Source: an uncultured Erysipelotrichaceae bacterium (GTDB taxonomy: Bacteria; Bacillota_I; Bacilli_A; Erysipelotrichales; Erysipelotrichaceae). Taken from it: a stretch of DNA of 64,000 bases. Below, in pieces: positions 20,639-30,215 of the stretch (position 1 is its first letter; every line of letters begins with the position of its first letter). The position numbers were made by a program, and so were the translations under genes. Under the pieces are notes generated by a model, which saw only the letters and a list, made by a program, of their open reading frames with translations, was not told where the DNA came from and did not search any database. The stretch is from assembly GCA_902766005.1 (NCBI GenBank), contig CACXCB010000029.1:539-64538 (forward strand), given 5' to 3'.

Positions 20639-21277
20639 TTATTCAAATAAATCCAGTTTTTCCTGATGATACAATACCGGTCCGAAGGATTTTCGATGGA
20701 TCGGCGTAATTCCATGTGCTTCAATGGCTGCCAGATGCTCCTTTGTCGGATAGCCTTTGTTTCTGGCAAATCCATACATCGGATACATCGAATCATACTT
20801 CTTCATGATCCTGTCCCGTGTCACCTTGGCAAGGATGCTGCCGGCAGCAATGGAAATGGATTTCTGATCACCTTTGACGATGTCAATTACAGTCTTGCCT
20901 TCAATTTCAAAAGGCATGGCGTCTGTCAGAACAATCTTCGCTTCGGCATGCAAAGCAATATCCTTCATGGCCATCTGGTCAGCACGATAAATATTGTAGC
21001 GGTCAATGTCACTCTCGCTGACTTCAGCAATTTCAAACCACAGTGCTTCTTCCATGATCAGATCGTATAAATAATCCTTCTTCTTGTCAGACAGCGCTTT
21101 GGAATCATAGATGTCCGGATTTTCATACCCGATCGGCAATATAACCCCGGCTACACTTAAAGGACCTGCAAGAGGTCCTCTTCCAGCTTCATCTATTCCC
21201 AATACAAGCTCATTCAAAGGCCAGTATCGATGTTCATAATCATTCGGACACGTTTTCTTCGTCTTCTTCATATGCAT
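20639..21277 (-). CDS. rnhB: ribonuclease HII
   Basis: GIDEAGRGPLAGP, DSKAL, KGDQKS, NKGYPT, HRKSF. Confidence 0.96.
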   Translation of the reverse strand: MHMKKTKKTCPNDYEHRYWPLNELVLGIDEAGRGPLAGPLSVAGVILPIGYENPDIYDSKALSDKKKDYLYDLIMEEALWFEIAEVSESDIDRYNIYRADQMAMKDIALHAEAKIVLTDAMPFEIEGKTVIDIVKGDQKSISIAAGSILAKVTRDRIMKKYDSMYPMYGFARNKGYPTKEHLAAIEAHGITPIHRKSFGPVLYHQEKLDLFE

Positions 21278-22109
21278 CTTCCAGTGTCAGCCGGCCGAGC
21301 TTGCCCTTTCGCAATTCATTCAGAAACAGAATTGCTGCTCTTTTTGTATCCAGATTGCCTGATGTTATCAAATTGCGTTTCTTTGCAATTCCCTTCAGCA
21401 TGCCGTTGGGATTCACTTCCCCGGTTTCATAGGTTGTTTCCAGAAGTCCCGGATAACCGTTCTGAATCATGCGAATGGTATCCATCGCAACCATCTTCTG
21501 ATCCAGGATATCATCATTGATCGATCCCAATGCAGCTAGTATGGATCCGGTTTTGGGATCATCAAACTTCGGCCACAAAACACCGGGTGTATCGAGCAGA
21601 TCCAATTGCTCGTCTGCATGGATCCATGTCAGGCTTCTTGTCACGCCCGGACGATCCTGCGCTTTTAAAGCATTCTTGCCGAAAATGCGGTTGATCAGCG
21701 TACTTTTCCCTACATTCGGAATGCCGCAAACCATTGCCCTGACGGCCCTTGGACGGATGCCCCTTGCAATCTGTTTCTGTCGTCTTTCTTCCATGAGTGC
21801 CAGTGATTCCCTGACAATCTTCTTTCCGCAATGATTGTCTTTCAATAAATCCAGGGCGATACACCTGCATCCCCCCGCAATAAAATAGCCGATCCATTCC
21901 TGTGTTTTCTTTGGATCTGCATGATCAATCTTTGTCAGAACAATCAGCCTGGGTTTACCCTGTGCCATGGTTGCTAAAAGCGGATTGGCAGAAGCCAGAG
22001 GCATGCGCGCATCTCTTAACTCAATAACCATATCGACCGCCTGCAGTCTTTCATTCATCTGCCTGCGTGCTTTCTCCATATGGCCGGGATACCATTGAAT
22101 ATTTGCCAT
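21240..22109 (-). CDS. rbgA: ribosome biogenesis GTPase RbgA (YlqF)
   Basis: IQWYPGHM, DARMP, GIPNVGKS, LLDTPG. Confidence 0.96.
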   Translation of the reverse strand: MANIQWYPGHMEKARRQMNERLQAVDMVIELRDARMPLASANPLLATMAQGKPRLIVLTKIDHADPKKTQEWIGYFIAGGCRCIALDLLKDNHCGKKIVRESLALMEERRQKQIARGIRPRAVRAMVCGIPNVGKSTLINRIFGKNALKAQDRPGVTRSLTWIHADEQLDLLDTPGVLWPKFDDPKTGSILAALGSINDDILDQKMVAMDTIRMIQNGYPGLLETTYETGEVNPNGMLKGIAKKRNLITSGNLDTKRAAILFLNELRKGKLGRLTLEDAYEEDEENVSE

Positions 22110-22120
22110 CTGTGCCCTCC

Positions 22121-22687
22121 TTACCAGGTATGCAGCCCGATTTTATTCAAAGGCCACAGGACAAAAACACCCTTGCATTTTATCTTATCCTTTTTAAAAG
22201 GTCCATAATAGCGGGAATCTGTCGAACGGGGACGGTTGTCGCCAAGACAGAAATACTCATCCTCACCGAGCGTAATCTCTTCAACATCTTCCATGAATAC
22301 ACCATCGTATGTTTCTGCGTATTCCGTCTTTAGAAAATCTTCTTCAACATACTCGCCATCGATATACAGTTTTCCATCCGTATAGGAAACTGTTTCTCCC
22401 GGTAACCCGATGACCCTTTTGACAAGATACTCGTCCTTCTGCTCGACATAGATAATAGCAATGTCGAAACGATCCAGACCGTTCAGCCTGTATCCGATCA
22501 CATCGGACAATCCGACTTCCCCCTCTTCCAATGTAGGATACATGGAGCTGCCGATGACCCCGATCGGGCGGGCAATAAAATGCATGATCACCAGAACGAT
22601 CACCATGCATATAGCCATATCTTTGGCAAAAGATACAATCTCCTTTACCAGGTTAAACTCTTTTTTTTCATTCTTCTCGTTTTCCAT
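22121..22687 (-). CDS. lepB: signal peptidase I
   Basis: GSSMYPT, LVKRVIGLPG, GDNRPRSTDSR. Confidence 0.95.
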   Translation of the reverse strand: MENEKNEKKEFNLVKEIVSFAKDMAICMVIVLVIMHFIARPIGVIGSSMYPTLEEGEVGLSDVIGYRLNGLDRFDIAIIYVEQKDEYLVKRVIGLPGETVSYTDGKLYIDGEYVEEDFLKTEYAETYDGVFMEDVEEITLGEDEYFCLGDNRPRSTDSRYYGPFKKDKIKCKGVFVLWPLNKIGLHTW

Positions 22688-22709
22688 AATGCAATATTAT
22701 AGCAGAAGC

Positions 22710-22749
22710 CAAAAAAAGAGAAAGGAAATTCTTTCTCTTTTCTTTTTGA
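22710..22749 (-). terminator. rplS terminator
   Basis: AAGAGAAAG...CTTTCTCTT hairpin followed by a U-tract on the - strand. Confidence 0.7.
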
Positions 22750-22753
22750 CTTA

Positions 22754-23116
22754 TTACTTCTGAATCTTGCGTCTGTCTTCCTTGATACGGGCATTCTTTG
22801 CAGACAAGCCTTTGAGGTAAGACAGCTTAGCTCTGCGAACTTTACCGTAACGGACAACTTCGATCTTTTCCAGGATTGGGGAATGAACAGGGAATGTTCT
22901 CTGAACACCTACACCGTTGGACATCTTACGAACGGTAAAGGAAGCACCGATACCGCCGTTGGAACGATCAACAACAACGCCTTCGAAAATCTGAATACGT
23001 GTCTTTTCACCTTCTCTGATACGTACATAAACTTTTACAGTATCACCTGATTTGAAGGAAGGAATGTCGCTACGCATCTGGTCTTTTGTAATTCTGTCAA
23101 CTAAACTGAAATCCAT
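22754..23116 (-). CDS. rplS: 50S ribosomal protein L19
   Basis: [26 protein letters not shown]. Confidence 0.98.
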   Translation of the reverse strand: MDFSLVDRITKDQMRSDIPSFKSGDTVKVYVRIREGEKTRIQIFEGVVVDRSNGGIGASFTVRKMSNGVGVQRTFPVHSPILEKIEVVRYGKVRRAKLSYLKGLSAKNARIKEDRRKIQK

Positions 23117-23143
23117 TTTTCTACTCCTTTTCTCGAATGATCG

Positions 23144-23182
23144 GCCTGTTCATGATCAAATATCAACGTCAGCGGAACAGCG
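23144..23182 (-). promoter_or_regulatory. L19 leader RNA
   Basis: CTGTTCCGCTG...ATGAACAG stem with the TTCCGCT core typical of the Firmicutes L19 leader, upstream of rplS. Confidence 0.75.
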
Positions 23183-23237
23183 ATGCGTCATATGACGCAA
23201 GTAGAATCATACCATACCCACACTTTAAATGCAATGG

Positions 23238-23810
23238 TTAAAAGCCTATAAATATGCCGAATATTGCCGAAACAGCAATGATGAGTATCGGATGAATTTT
23301 CGGTTTCCATTTATACAGTGCTAACAATGCGGCAAAAAACACAATTGCCTTGAAACGGAAGAGATCCACAATGCTGCCTGTCTCTTTGAAAAGGTCCACA
23401 TTGCATAATGCCATCAGGTAAATGCCGATGACAGCAGAAAGGATAAATCCTGCAACTGCAGGCCTCAGTCCGGTAAAGACAGCTTTGACCGCTTTGGAGT
23501 CTTTGAATTTTTCCAGCATCCTTGCAATGATGCAGATGACGATAATAGACGGTGCAACAAGTGAAAGCGTAGCTGCAATTCCTCCGACAAAGCCGAACAT
23601 CTTATTACCGATGTAGGTTGCCATATTGATGCCGATCGGTCCCGGCGTGGATTCACTGACGGCAACCATCGTTGTGATGTCAGACAAGGTAAACCAGCCG
23701 TATTTAACAGACATCTCTTTCAAAAACGGAATCGTTGCCAATCCCCCGCCTACCGCAAACAGGCCGGTTTTGAAAAACTCAAAACACATTAACAGAAACG
23801 TCTTCATCAT
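23238..23810 (-). CDS. chrA: short-chain chromate transporter (CHR family) subunit
   Basis: FAVGGG, SESTPGPIGIN; start moved to ATG 23810 (ATGA overlap with its partner gene). Confidence 0.92.
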   Translation of the reverse strand: MMKTFLLMCFEFFKTGLFAVGGGLATIPFLKEMSVKYGWFTLSDITTMVAVSESTPGPIGINMATYIGNKMFGFVGGIAATLSLVAPSIIVICIIARMLEKFKDSKAVKAVFTGLRPAVAGFILSAVIGIYLMALCNVDLFKETGSIVDLFRFKAIVFFAALLALYKWKPKIHPILIIAVSAIFGIFIGF

Positions 23811-24352
23811 TTTGCCTCCCCTTTGCCGTATGTGCTGATGACATAGCCGGCTATTCCTGCAATCACTACCAGAATCACGGTAGAGATGTTTGTGAAATAT
23901 GCTAAGACAAAGGCGGCGATAAAGATGATCCATGAAGGCATATTCTTGACACCTTTTTTAATTAAGTTTTGAATTGCCACAAACATCAGCACGCATACGC
24001 CGATCTGAATGCCTCTCAATGCATTCTGTACAACTTCCAGTTCCGAAAAATTGGTAATCAGGGCCGAAATCAAAGAGATGATAACCAGGGATGGCGAAAC
24101 GACACCGAGTGTGGCAATAATGCCTCCCGGGATTCCCTTAACTTTATAGCCGACAAAAGTCGCTGTATTGACGGCAATAATGCCCGGCGTACATTGTCCT
24201 ATGGCATAGTAATCCATGATTTCGTCTTCCGTTGCCCATTTATGTTTTTCTATGACTTCTCTCTGGATCATCGGCAGCATTGCATAGCCGCCCCCAAAGG
24301 TAAATAAGCCCATTTTAAACCATGAAACAAATAAATCCAGATATGTTTGCAT
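23807..24352 (-). CDS. chrA: short-chain chromate transporter (CHR family) subunit
   Basis: FTFGGGYAM, GQCTPGIIAVN. Confidence 0.92.
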   Translation of the reverse strand: MQTYLDLFVSWFKMGLFTFGGGYAMLPMIQREVIEKHKWATEDEIMDYYAIGQCTPGIIAVNTATFVGYKVKGIPGGIIATLGVVSPSLVIISLISALITNFSELEVVQNALRGIQIGVCVLMFVAIQNLIKKGVKNMPSWIIFIAAFVLAYFTNISTVILVVIAGIAGYVISTYGKGEAK

Positions 24353-24361
24353 ATTACCTCC

Positions 24362-25969
24362 TTAATAACAGGCTATATTGGCATCCGTGCGGGATTCTGT
24401 TGCCCCTACAAGAACACCGTTATCCAGACGCAGTATCATCTCTCCTCTGCCAAAGGAGAAGGAACTTGAAGCAATTGACGTCTGATGTCCTTTTCTTTCG
24501 AGTGCTGCAGCATCCGCTTTTGGAAAAGCTGGCTCAAGAATGACTCGATTGCCTTCAATCCATTGCCATCTCGGTGCATCAAGGCCCATCTGCGGATTCA
24601 GATGGAAATCAATCAGATTCATCATCAGCTGCACATGTCCCTGCGGCTGCATGTATCCACCCATGACACCGAAAGGACCCATCGGTTTTCCGTCTTTCAT
24701 TAAAAATCCGGGAATAATTGTATGATAGGACTTCTTATGCGGTGCAAGACAGTTCGCATCATTTTCATTTAATGAGAAATCCGATCCCCTGTTCTGCAGG
24801 CTCACGCCATATCCTTCCAGCACAATACCCGAACCGAAACCTGCATAGTTGGACTGGATGAAGGAAACCATATTTCCTTCTTTGTCCGCCGTACAAAGAT
24901 ACACGGTACCGCTCTTTGGCAGATCCAAAGGTGTTGGAACTGTTGCCCGGGAATGTATATCCTTTGCCCTTTCTACGCCATAGGAAGGATCTAAGAAACA
25001 ATGATAATCCACCTTCATGTATTTTGCATCGGTCACATATTTCTGTGCATCGGCAAAAGCAATCTTCATTGCCTCAATCTGATGATGATATGCTTCAGAG
25101 CGACTGTCAAATTGAAACTCCTTCAATATGTTCAATGCCATAAGTGCCGCAATTCCCTGCCCGTTTGGCGGGATCTCACAGACATCATAGCCATGATAAT
25201 GGACAGAAATCGGATCCACCCACTGCACATTGTACGCGGAAAGATCCTCCATGCAGAAATATCCTCCGTCCCTTTGTGACTGTCTGACAAACTGTTCGGC
25301 GATCTCTCCTTTATAGAAGGCATCCCCGTCTGTTTCTGCAATCAAGCGTAATGTTTTGGCATGATTCGGCAGCCTTACGATATCACCGGGGTGTACCTGC
25401 TTTCTGTCATTTGTGAATGTTTTAAACCATTCCTGATATGCCTGATCTTCCTGAAACAGCTGCTGATAGCGGTTAATGGCACGGTTCCACATGAGGGCAA
25501 GAACCCCTGAAAGCGGATATCCGTTTTCCGCATAGGAGATTGCCGGTTGAAGCACTTCTTTCAAAGAAAGCTTCCCATAATTGCGTGACAGTTCCACCCA
25601 GCCTTTTACAGCTCCGGGGACCATGACGGTCGGCCATCCGTATTTCGGCATTTTTCCGTCTGTTGTCTTTTCTTTTACTGCCTGAAGGGATATATTCTTC
25701 GGAGAATAGCCCGATGCATTCATTCCATGAAGCTTTCCGTTTGTATAAAAAAGAGAAAAGGCATCCGATCCAAGACCGTTAGCAGTCGGTTCTACAACCG
25801 TCAAAGCTGCTGCTGTAGCAATGGCTGCATCAATCGCATTGCCTCCTTTTTTTAACATTTCAAGACCTGCCTGAGAAGCGAGTGCGGAACCTGTAGCAAC
25901 CATGCCGTTTTGTGCAAACAGGCAGTATCGATTGGAAGCATACGGCTGATACAAATAATCAAAATCCAT
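24362..25969 (-). CDS. gamma-glutamyltransferase family Ntn hydrolase (YwrD/HpxW-like, no signal peptide)
   Basis: GGNAIDAA, VVEPTANGLGSD, autoprocessing SG-TVYL, HTIIPG, GVMGGYMQPQGH. Confidence 0.92.
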   Translation of the reverse strand: MDFDYLYQPYASNRYCLFAQNGMVATGSALASQAGLEMLKKGGNAIDAAIATAAALTVVEPTANGLGSDAFSLFYTNGKLHGMNASGYSPKNISLQAVKEKTTDGKMPKYGWPTVMVPGAVKGWVELSRNYGKLSLKEVLQPAISYAENGYPLSGVLALMWNRAINRYQQLFQEDQAYQEWFKTFTNDRKQVHPGDIVRLPNHAKTLRLIAETDGDAFYKGEIAEQFVRQSQRDGGYFCMEDLSAYNVQWVDPISVHYHGYDVCEIPPNGQGIAALMALNILKEFQFDSRSEAYHHQIEAMKIAFADAQKYVTDAKYMKVDYHCFLDPSYGVERAKDIHSRATVPTPLDLPKSGTVYLCTADKEGNMVSFIQSNYAGFGSGIVLEGYGVSLQNRGSDFSLNENDANCLAPHKKSYHTIIPGFLMKDGKPMGPFGVMGGYMQPQGHVQLMMNLIDFHLNPQMGLDAPRWQWIEGNRVILEPAFPKADAAALERKGHQTSIASSSFSFGRGEMILRLDNGVLVGATESRTDANIACY

Positions 25970-26663
25970 TTTTTACCTCTTTCCATTCAGTCACAAATCC
26001 ATATTCAGGATGCTTAAGAACCCGGATGACACCGCTAAAACGGTCTACCATTGTACATAAGGCAAAATCCCTTTCGGGAAATTCCGGCCTGGATAGGTCA
26101 AAGAACTTCTTTCCTTCCGTAAAGCGCAATTCATCGGCAAGTCTGTCAATGTCTTTACATTCCTCACCTTTCAGCAAAGTACTGATATATGATGCACACA
26201 ACTCATCTTCCTCTGTTTCCTTTTTGGCATTCCAACCCATCGCAACAAGAGAGACGGTTTGGGGATTTTTCTGCCTGATATAAGATGCGATGGCTTTTGC
26301 GTTCACCAGGGATCCTGTGATGATCTCGTCTGCACCGGATGCATTGACAATACCCTGTACACCGGCACTGGTTGTATGAATGACCACATGATTGTGCAGG
26401 TCGATGTTTTCGAATTCGGAAGGAGAATTGCCATAGGCAAAACCATCCACTTTGATACCGTTTCTTTCCCCGCAAAGAATAAATGACGGGTTCGCCTTCT
26501 GCAAAGCAAAGGCATTTTCCACTGTTCCGACCGGAATCACACCACCGGCATTTGCCTGATACATGTAGCATTCCAGCGAGAAAGCACGGAAGACGTCGAT
26601 AATAACGGTCAGGCCTTTTGCCTGTCTTGCTCCGTCAAGAAGATGAAGGATTTGAATATCCAT
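25959..26663 (-). CDS. comB: 2-phosphosulfolactate phosphatase (ComB family)
   Basis: IIDVFRA, GERNG, GNSP, TTSAG, EEDELCA; start moved to ATG 26663 after an AAGGA SD. Confidence 0.88.
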   Translation of the reverse strand: MDIQILHLLDGARQAKGLTVIIDVFRAFSLECYMYQANAGGVIPVGTVENAFALQKANPSFILCGERNGIKVDGFAYGNSPSEFENIDLHNHVVIHTTSAGVQGIVNASGADEIITGSLVNAKAIASYIRQKNPQTVSLVAMGWNAKKETEEDELCASYISTLLKGEECKDIDRLADELRFTEGKKFFDLSRPEFPERDFALCTMVDRFSGVIRVLKHPEYGFVTEWKEVKNGF

Positions 26664-26756
26664 ACTGCTTTTCCTTTCAATCCACATGATTATACCACTA
26701 CTTTCTTGCGAAAAATACAGATTCGATATATCATTATGCATAAAGGAGAAGGCGCA

Positions 26757-27227
26757 ATGATTGAAACAAAAATCTATTATCCATTTAATTATTTTTATCA
26801 CACGGTATGCACTGTAGCCTTCTACGGAACCAATAACCCTGTCATTTTCAAAGGGCACCTGGTTTTACGGACCTATTATACCGATGACAAAAAAACAACG
26901 GTTGACATAAGCCATACCTCCGACTACCTCATGGATGAAATCTTCTTTGAATGCAACAAGGTTCTCCGTGAACAGATGGAAGATCCATATAATGGCAGAA
27001 GAGAGCTGATTGAACTGTCCATGCCTGAGCTTGGCAAGCAATACCGCATCATCTACAACGGTGCGGAGGTTCCTTCCCCAAGGTATGATGACAAGCTCGG
27101 CATCCTTTCCTACCGTGACCCATCCGCAAGGGGTGTGGCAATTATATTGAAAAGAGATAAGGATAACGGCATTCAATGGCTGGATGAAAATGAAGCCAGA
27201 TACGTTGCCGCCAAATTCAAACAGTAA
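26757..27227 (+). CDS. hypothetical protein (156 aa)
   Basis: AAAGGAG SD, protein-like composition, fills the gap between comB and pdp. Confidence 0.75.
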   Translation: MIETKIYYPFNYFYHTVCTVAFYGTNNPVIFKGHLVLRTYYTDDKKTTVDISHTSDYLMDEIFFECNKVLREQMEDPYNGRRELIELSMPELGKQYRIIYNGAEVPSPRYDDKLGILSYRDPSARGVAIILKRDKDNGIQWLDENEARYVAAKFKQ

Positions 27228-27237
27228 AAAAGGAAGA

Positions 27238-28566
27238 CTATACATCTTCCTCTGTAACAACGCCATAGATCATTGGCGTTTTTTCTTTTTCCTCTTCGGT
27301 AATTTCAATTGCCTGAAGGAACAGCTGTTTTGCCTCAGCAAACCGTTTCTCATCATTGACATACATCGTGCACAACGGATCACCTTTTTGTACCTTGTTG
27401 CCGCAGCGGACTTTCATCACAAGCCCAACGGATGGATCAATGGCATCACCTTTTTTCTCTCTTCCTGCGCCAAGCATCTGTGCTGCCGTACCGATCTTTT
27501 CGGCATTCATGGATGTAACAAACCCATCCCTTTCAGAACAGATATCCACCATGTGCTTCACATGAATCATCTGATCAATTTTCTCCATACAAAGATACGA
27601 GCTGTCTCCGCCCTGCAATGTGATCATTCTCTGCAGCTTCTTCAAACCGCTGCCATCCTGAATGGCATCTTTCAGCATCTGCTCAGCCTTCTCTTCGTCT
27701 GCCGCAAGATTGCCCGCCATCAGCATATGCTTCCCTAACAGGAGACATACCTGATATAACGGGTCTGTTGGCGATATCCCCCCGCTTAACAGTTCCACAG
27801 CTTCTTTAACCTCCAGGCTGTTTCCTACTGCCATTCCAAGAGGCTGATTCATATCGGTCACAATCGCCCTGACTTTTCTGCCTGTCAGCTTGCCAATCTG
27901 CACCATCGTCTTTGCCAATGTAAATGCTTCATCGGTATTTCGCATGAATGCACCGCTTCCGGTTTTGACATCAAGAATAATCGCATCCGCTCCGGAAGCC
28001 AGCTTTTTGGACATGATGGAAGAAGCAATCAAAGGAATGCTGCGAACTGTTGCAGTCACATCACGCAATGCATACAGCTTTTTATCCGCCGGAACAAGAT
28101 TGGCTGTCTGCCCAATCACGGCTACTCCATTGTCCTTGACAATTGAAAAGAATCGTTCCATGTCAATTTCAACACTGGTACCGGGAATAGCTTCCAGCTT
28201 GTCCAAAGTACCGCCGGTATGGCCAAGGCCTCTGCCGGACATCTTAGCGACTGTACCGCCGCATGCAGCAACCAATGGTGCAACGACCAGGGTTGTGGTA
28301 TCGCCTACTCCGCCGGTACTGTGCTTGTCAAGCTTGATCCCCGGAAGCGAAGACAAATCCACCACGTCTCCGGAATGCATCATCGCTAAAGTCAGCTCTG
28401 TGGTTTCCTCATCATTCATGCCTCTTTGCAGAATCGCCATTGCCATGGCACTCATCTGGTAATCCGGTATTTCTCCTGCAACATAGCCTTCAATCATCTG
28501 CCGGATTTCTTCTTTGGACAAAGCTTCCCCATCAGCCTTTTTTTCAATGATATCTACAAATCTCAT
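27238..28566 (-). CDS. pdp: pyrimidine-nucleoside phosphorylase
   Basis: DKHSTGGVGD, KMSGRGLGHTGGTLDKLE, SIMSKKL, DVKTGSGAFM. Confidence 0.96.
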   Translation of the reverse strand: MRFVDIIEKKADGEALSKEEIRQMIEGYVAGEIPDYQMSAMAMAILQRGMNDEETTELTLAMMHSGDVVDLSSLPGIKLDKHSTGGVGDTTTLVVAPLVAACGGTVAKMSGRGLGHTGGTLDKLEAIPGTSVEIDMERFFSIVKDNGVAVIGQTANLVPADKKLYALRDVTATVRSIPLIASSIMSKKLASGADAIILDVKTGSGAFMRNTDEAFTLAKTMVQIGKLTGRKVRAIVTDMNQPLGMAVGNSLEVKEAVELLSGGISPTDPLYQVCLLLGKHMLMAGNLAADEEKAEQMLKDAIQDGSGLKKLQRMITLQGGDSSYLCMEKIDQMIHVKHMVDICSERDGFVTSMNAEKIGTAAQMLGAGREKKGDAIDPSVGLVMKVRCGNKVQKGDPLCTMYVNDEKRFAEAKQLFLQAIEITEEEKEKTPMIYGVVTEEDV

Positions 28567-28739
28567 AAAAGATCACCTCTGATTCTCTAATGGAAGTATG
28601 CCACGAAAAAGACAAAATCACAAGGCATCCCTTCTTTATCGATGACAGAAATTTCAAATTGTGTATTTCAGATGATTTCCTGCACTGATTACAGCAAAAC
28701 ATGATACAATGGATATAACAAAAAAAGGAGATTTCATTT

Positions 28740-29066
28740 ATGAAATTAATCATGGCGATCATATCCAAGGAAGACACCTCTGCTGTTGCTTCCGCTTTGT
28801 CCAAAGCAAAATTCTACATGACACGTTTATCAACAACAGGCGGTTTCCTGCGTGCCGGCAATACGACAATGTTAATCGGAACAGATGACGAAAAAGTGGA
28901 TGAATGCATTGAAATCATTGCGGCAAATGCGAAACAAAGAGCGGAGAAAGTCAATCCGGATGCATCCTACATGGGCTCGCAAAACGATAACGGTGTTCCG
29001 CTCAAGATCAATGCCGGCGGTGCAACGGTATTTGTCATGAATATCAGACAATTCGAAAAATTGTAA
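28740..29066 (+). CDS. darA: cyclic-di-AMP receptor, PII-like (DarA/PstA/YaaQ)
   Basis: MKLIMAII, TRLSTTGGFLRAGNTT, GGATVFV. Confidence 0.92.
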   Translation: MKLIMAIISKEDTSAVASALSKAKFYMTRLSTTGGFLRAGNTTMLIGTDDEKVDECIEIIAANAKQRAEKVNPDASYMGSQNDNGVPLKINAGGATVFVMNIRQFEKL

Positions 29067-29071
29067 GAAAA

Positions 29072-29098
29072 GAAAACATCTGATCGCTCAGATGTTTT
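29072..29098. terminator. bidirectional terminator
   Basis: AAAACATCTGA-tcgc-TCAGATGTTTT. Confidence 0.8.
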
Positions 29099-29324
29099 AC
29101 TTTCTTTCCTGCAGGGCAATCCGGAATACTTTTGCCATGAGAGGGACATATGTTGCCGCAAATACGGTAACAGCTGTACAAGTCACAGGTTTTTTGTATT
29201 TGTCAGGCATATGCATGCCTGCGATCAGCCCCATGGAAAACAAACAGAATTTTGTTAATGCAAAGTCCTTCCAGGAACTTTGTTTTGCATAATCGTCACC
29301 CAACTGGAATAGCCCACGGAACAT
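29097..29324 (-). CDS. small two-TM hypothetical membrane protein
   Basis: 75 aa, GGAGG SD, SWKDFALTKFCL...TYVPLMAK. Confidence 0.75.
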   Translation of the reverse strand: MFRGLFQLGDDYAKQSSWKDFALTKFCLFSMGLIAGMHMPDKYKKPVTCTAVTVFAATYVPLMAKVFRIALQERK

Positions 29325-29395
29325 ATAATACCTCCTTCAGCCTATATAATTACTATAGCAGACAACCGGAAAATAACTACCCTGTGACATTTCTT

Positions 29396-30091
29396 TTATG
29401 CAAAATATTGAAAAACCATCATGTAGTGACAAAAGCTGCCGGCAAGTACAAAACAATGGAACAGTTCATGATTGCCAAACCATTTGTTATGGAAAAGGTT
29501 TGGTTTCAGGGCATAGATCACCGCACCGACAGAATAGAATACTCCTCCGGCCAACAGCCATGCAAAGGCACCCGGGGCAAGAGCGTTTAACAGTTCCGGA
29601 AGCATCATGATGCATGCCCATCCCATGCCAAGATAAATCACGGAGGAAACCCACTTTGGACATTTGACATAGAATAGCTTGAAAAGAATTCCGAGCAATG
29701 CAAATGTGTAGATTACGCCAAGCAGAACCGTTCCTTTTCCGTTTTCCAATCCGGCGATGCAAACCGGCACATAGGAACCCGAAATCAGAATGGAAATGCT
29801 CATATGATCAATCTTTTTCAGAATGAGATTCCCTTTTTCGGAAATATTGAAGGAATGATAGGCACTGCTGGCACCGTATAAAATAATCATCGACATCATG
29901 AATATTGCAAAACTGATTAAATCCGGAATGCTCTTCATGTCTGCAGATCCTTTTATCAACAAAAGAGGCATGCCAATAATCGCAAAGACAAATCCGCCGA
30001 TATGCGTTAATGCACTGACAGGATCTTTCAGACGGAAATAAAACGGTGCATCTTCCAGGGAGAAAAGATTACGGTTTCTCATCACAGTCAT
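29396..30091 (-). CDS. hemolysin III / PAQR family membrane protein (TrhA-like)
   Basis: SALTH, SSAYH, KKIDH, YLGMGW, HELFH, SFCHY; start moved to ATG 30091 after GGAGG. Confidence 0.93.
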   Translation of the reverse strand: MTVMRNRNLFSLEDAPFYFRLKDPVSALTHIGGFVFAIIGMPLLLIKGSADMKSIPDLISFAIFMMSMIILYGASSAYHSFNISEKGNLILKKIDHMSISILISGSYVPVCIAGLENGKGTVLLGVIYTFALLGILFKLFYVKCPKWVSSVIYLGMGWACIMMLPELLNALAPGAFAWLLAGGVFYSVGAVIYALKPNLFHNKWFGNHELFHCFVLAGSFCHYMMVFQYFA

Positions 30092-30102
30092 ATATACCTC
30101 CT

Positions 30103-30158
30103 TATCGGTTTTTAAATAACCTTTCTTCAGTATTAATATATCGGTTTTTAAATAACCT
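30103..30158. repeat. perfect 20-bp direct repeat TATCGGTTTTTAAATAACCT (two copies), candidate operator
   Basis: copies at 30103-30122 and 30139-30158; core GGTT-N7-AACC is quasi-palindromic. Confidence 0.85.
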
Positions 30159-30215
30159 GTCAATAGGTTTTGACAAGCTATTGACAGAGTATTATAAATG
30201 ATATATTCTGAATTC

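Noticed and set aside
30103-30158. direct repeat as a mini CRISPR array or insertion target-site duplication
   Set aside because: only two 20-bp copies with a 16-bp spacer, no cas genes, and the position fits an operator
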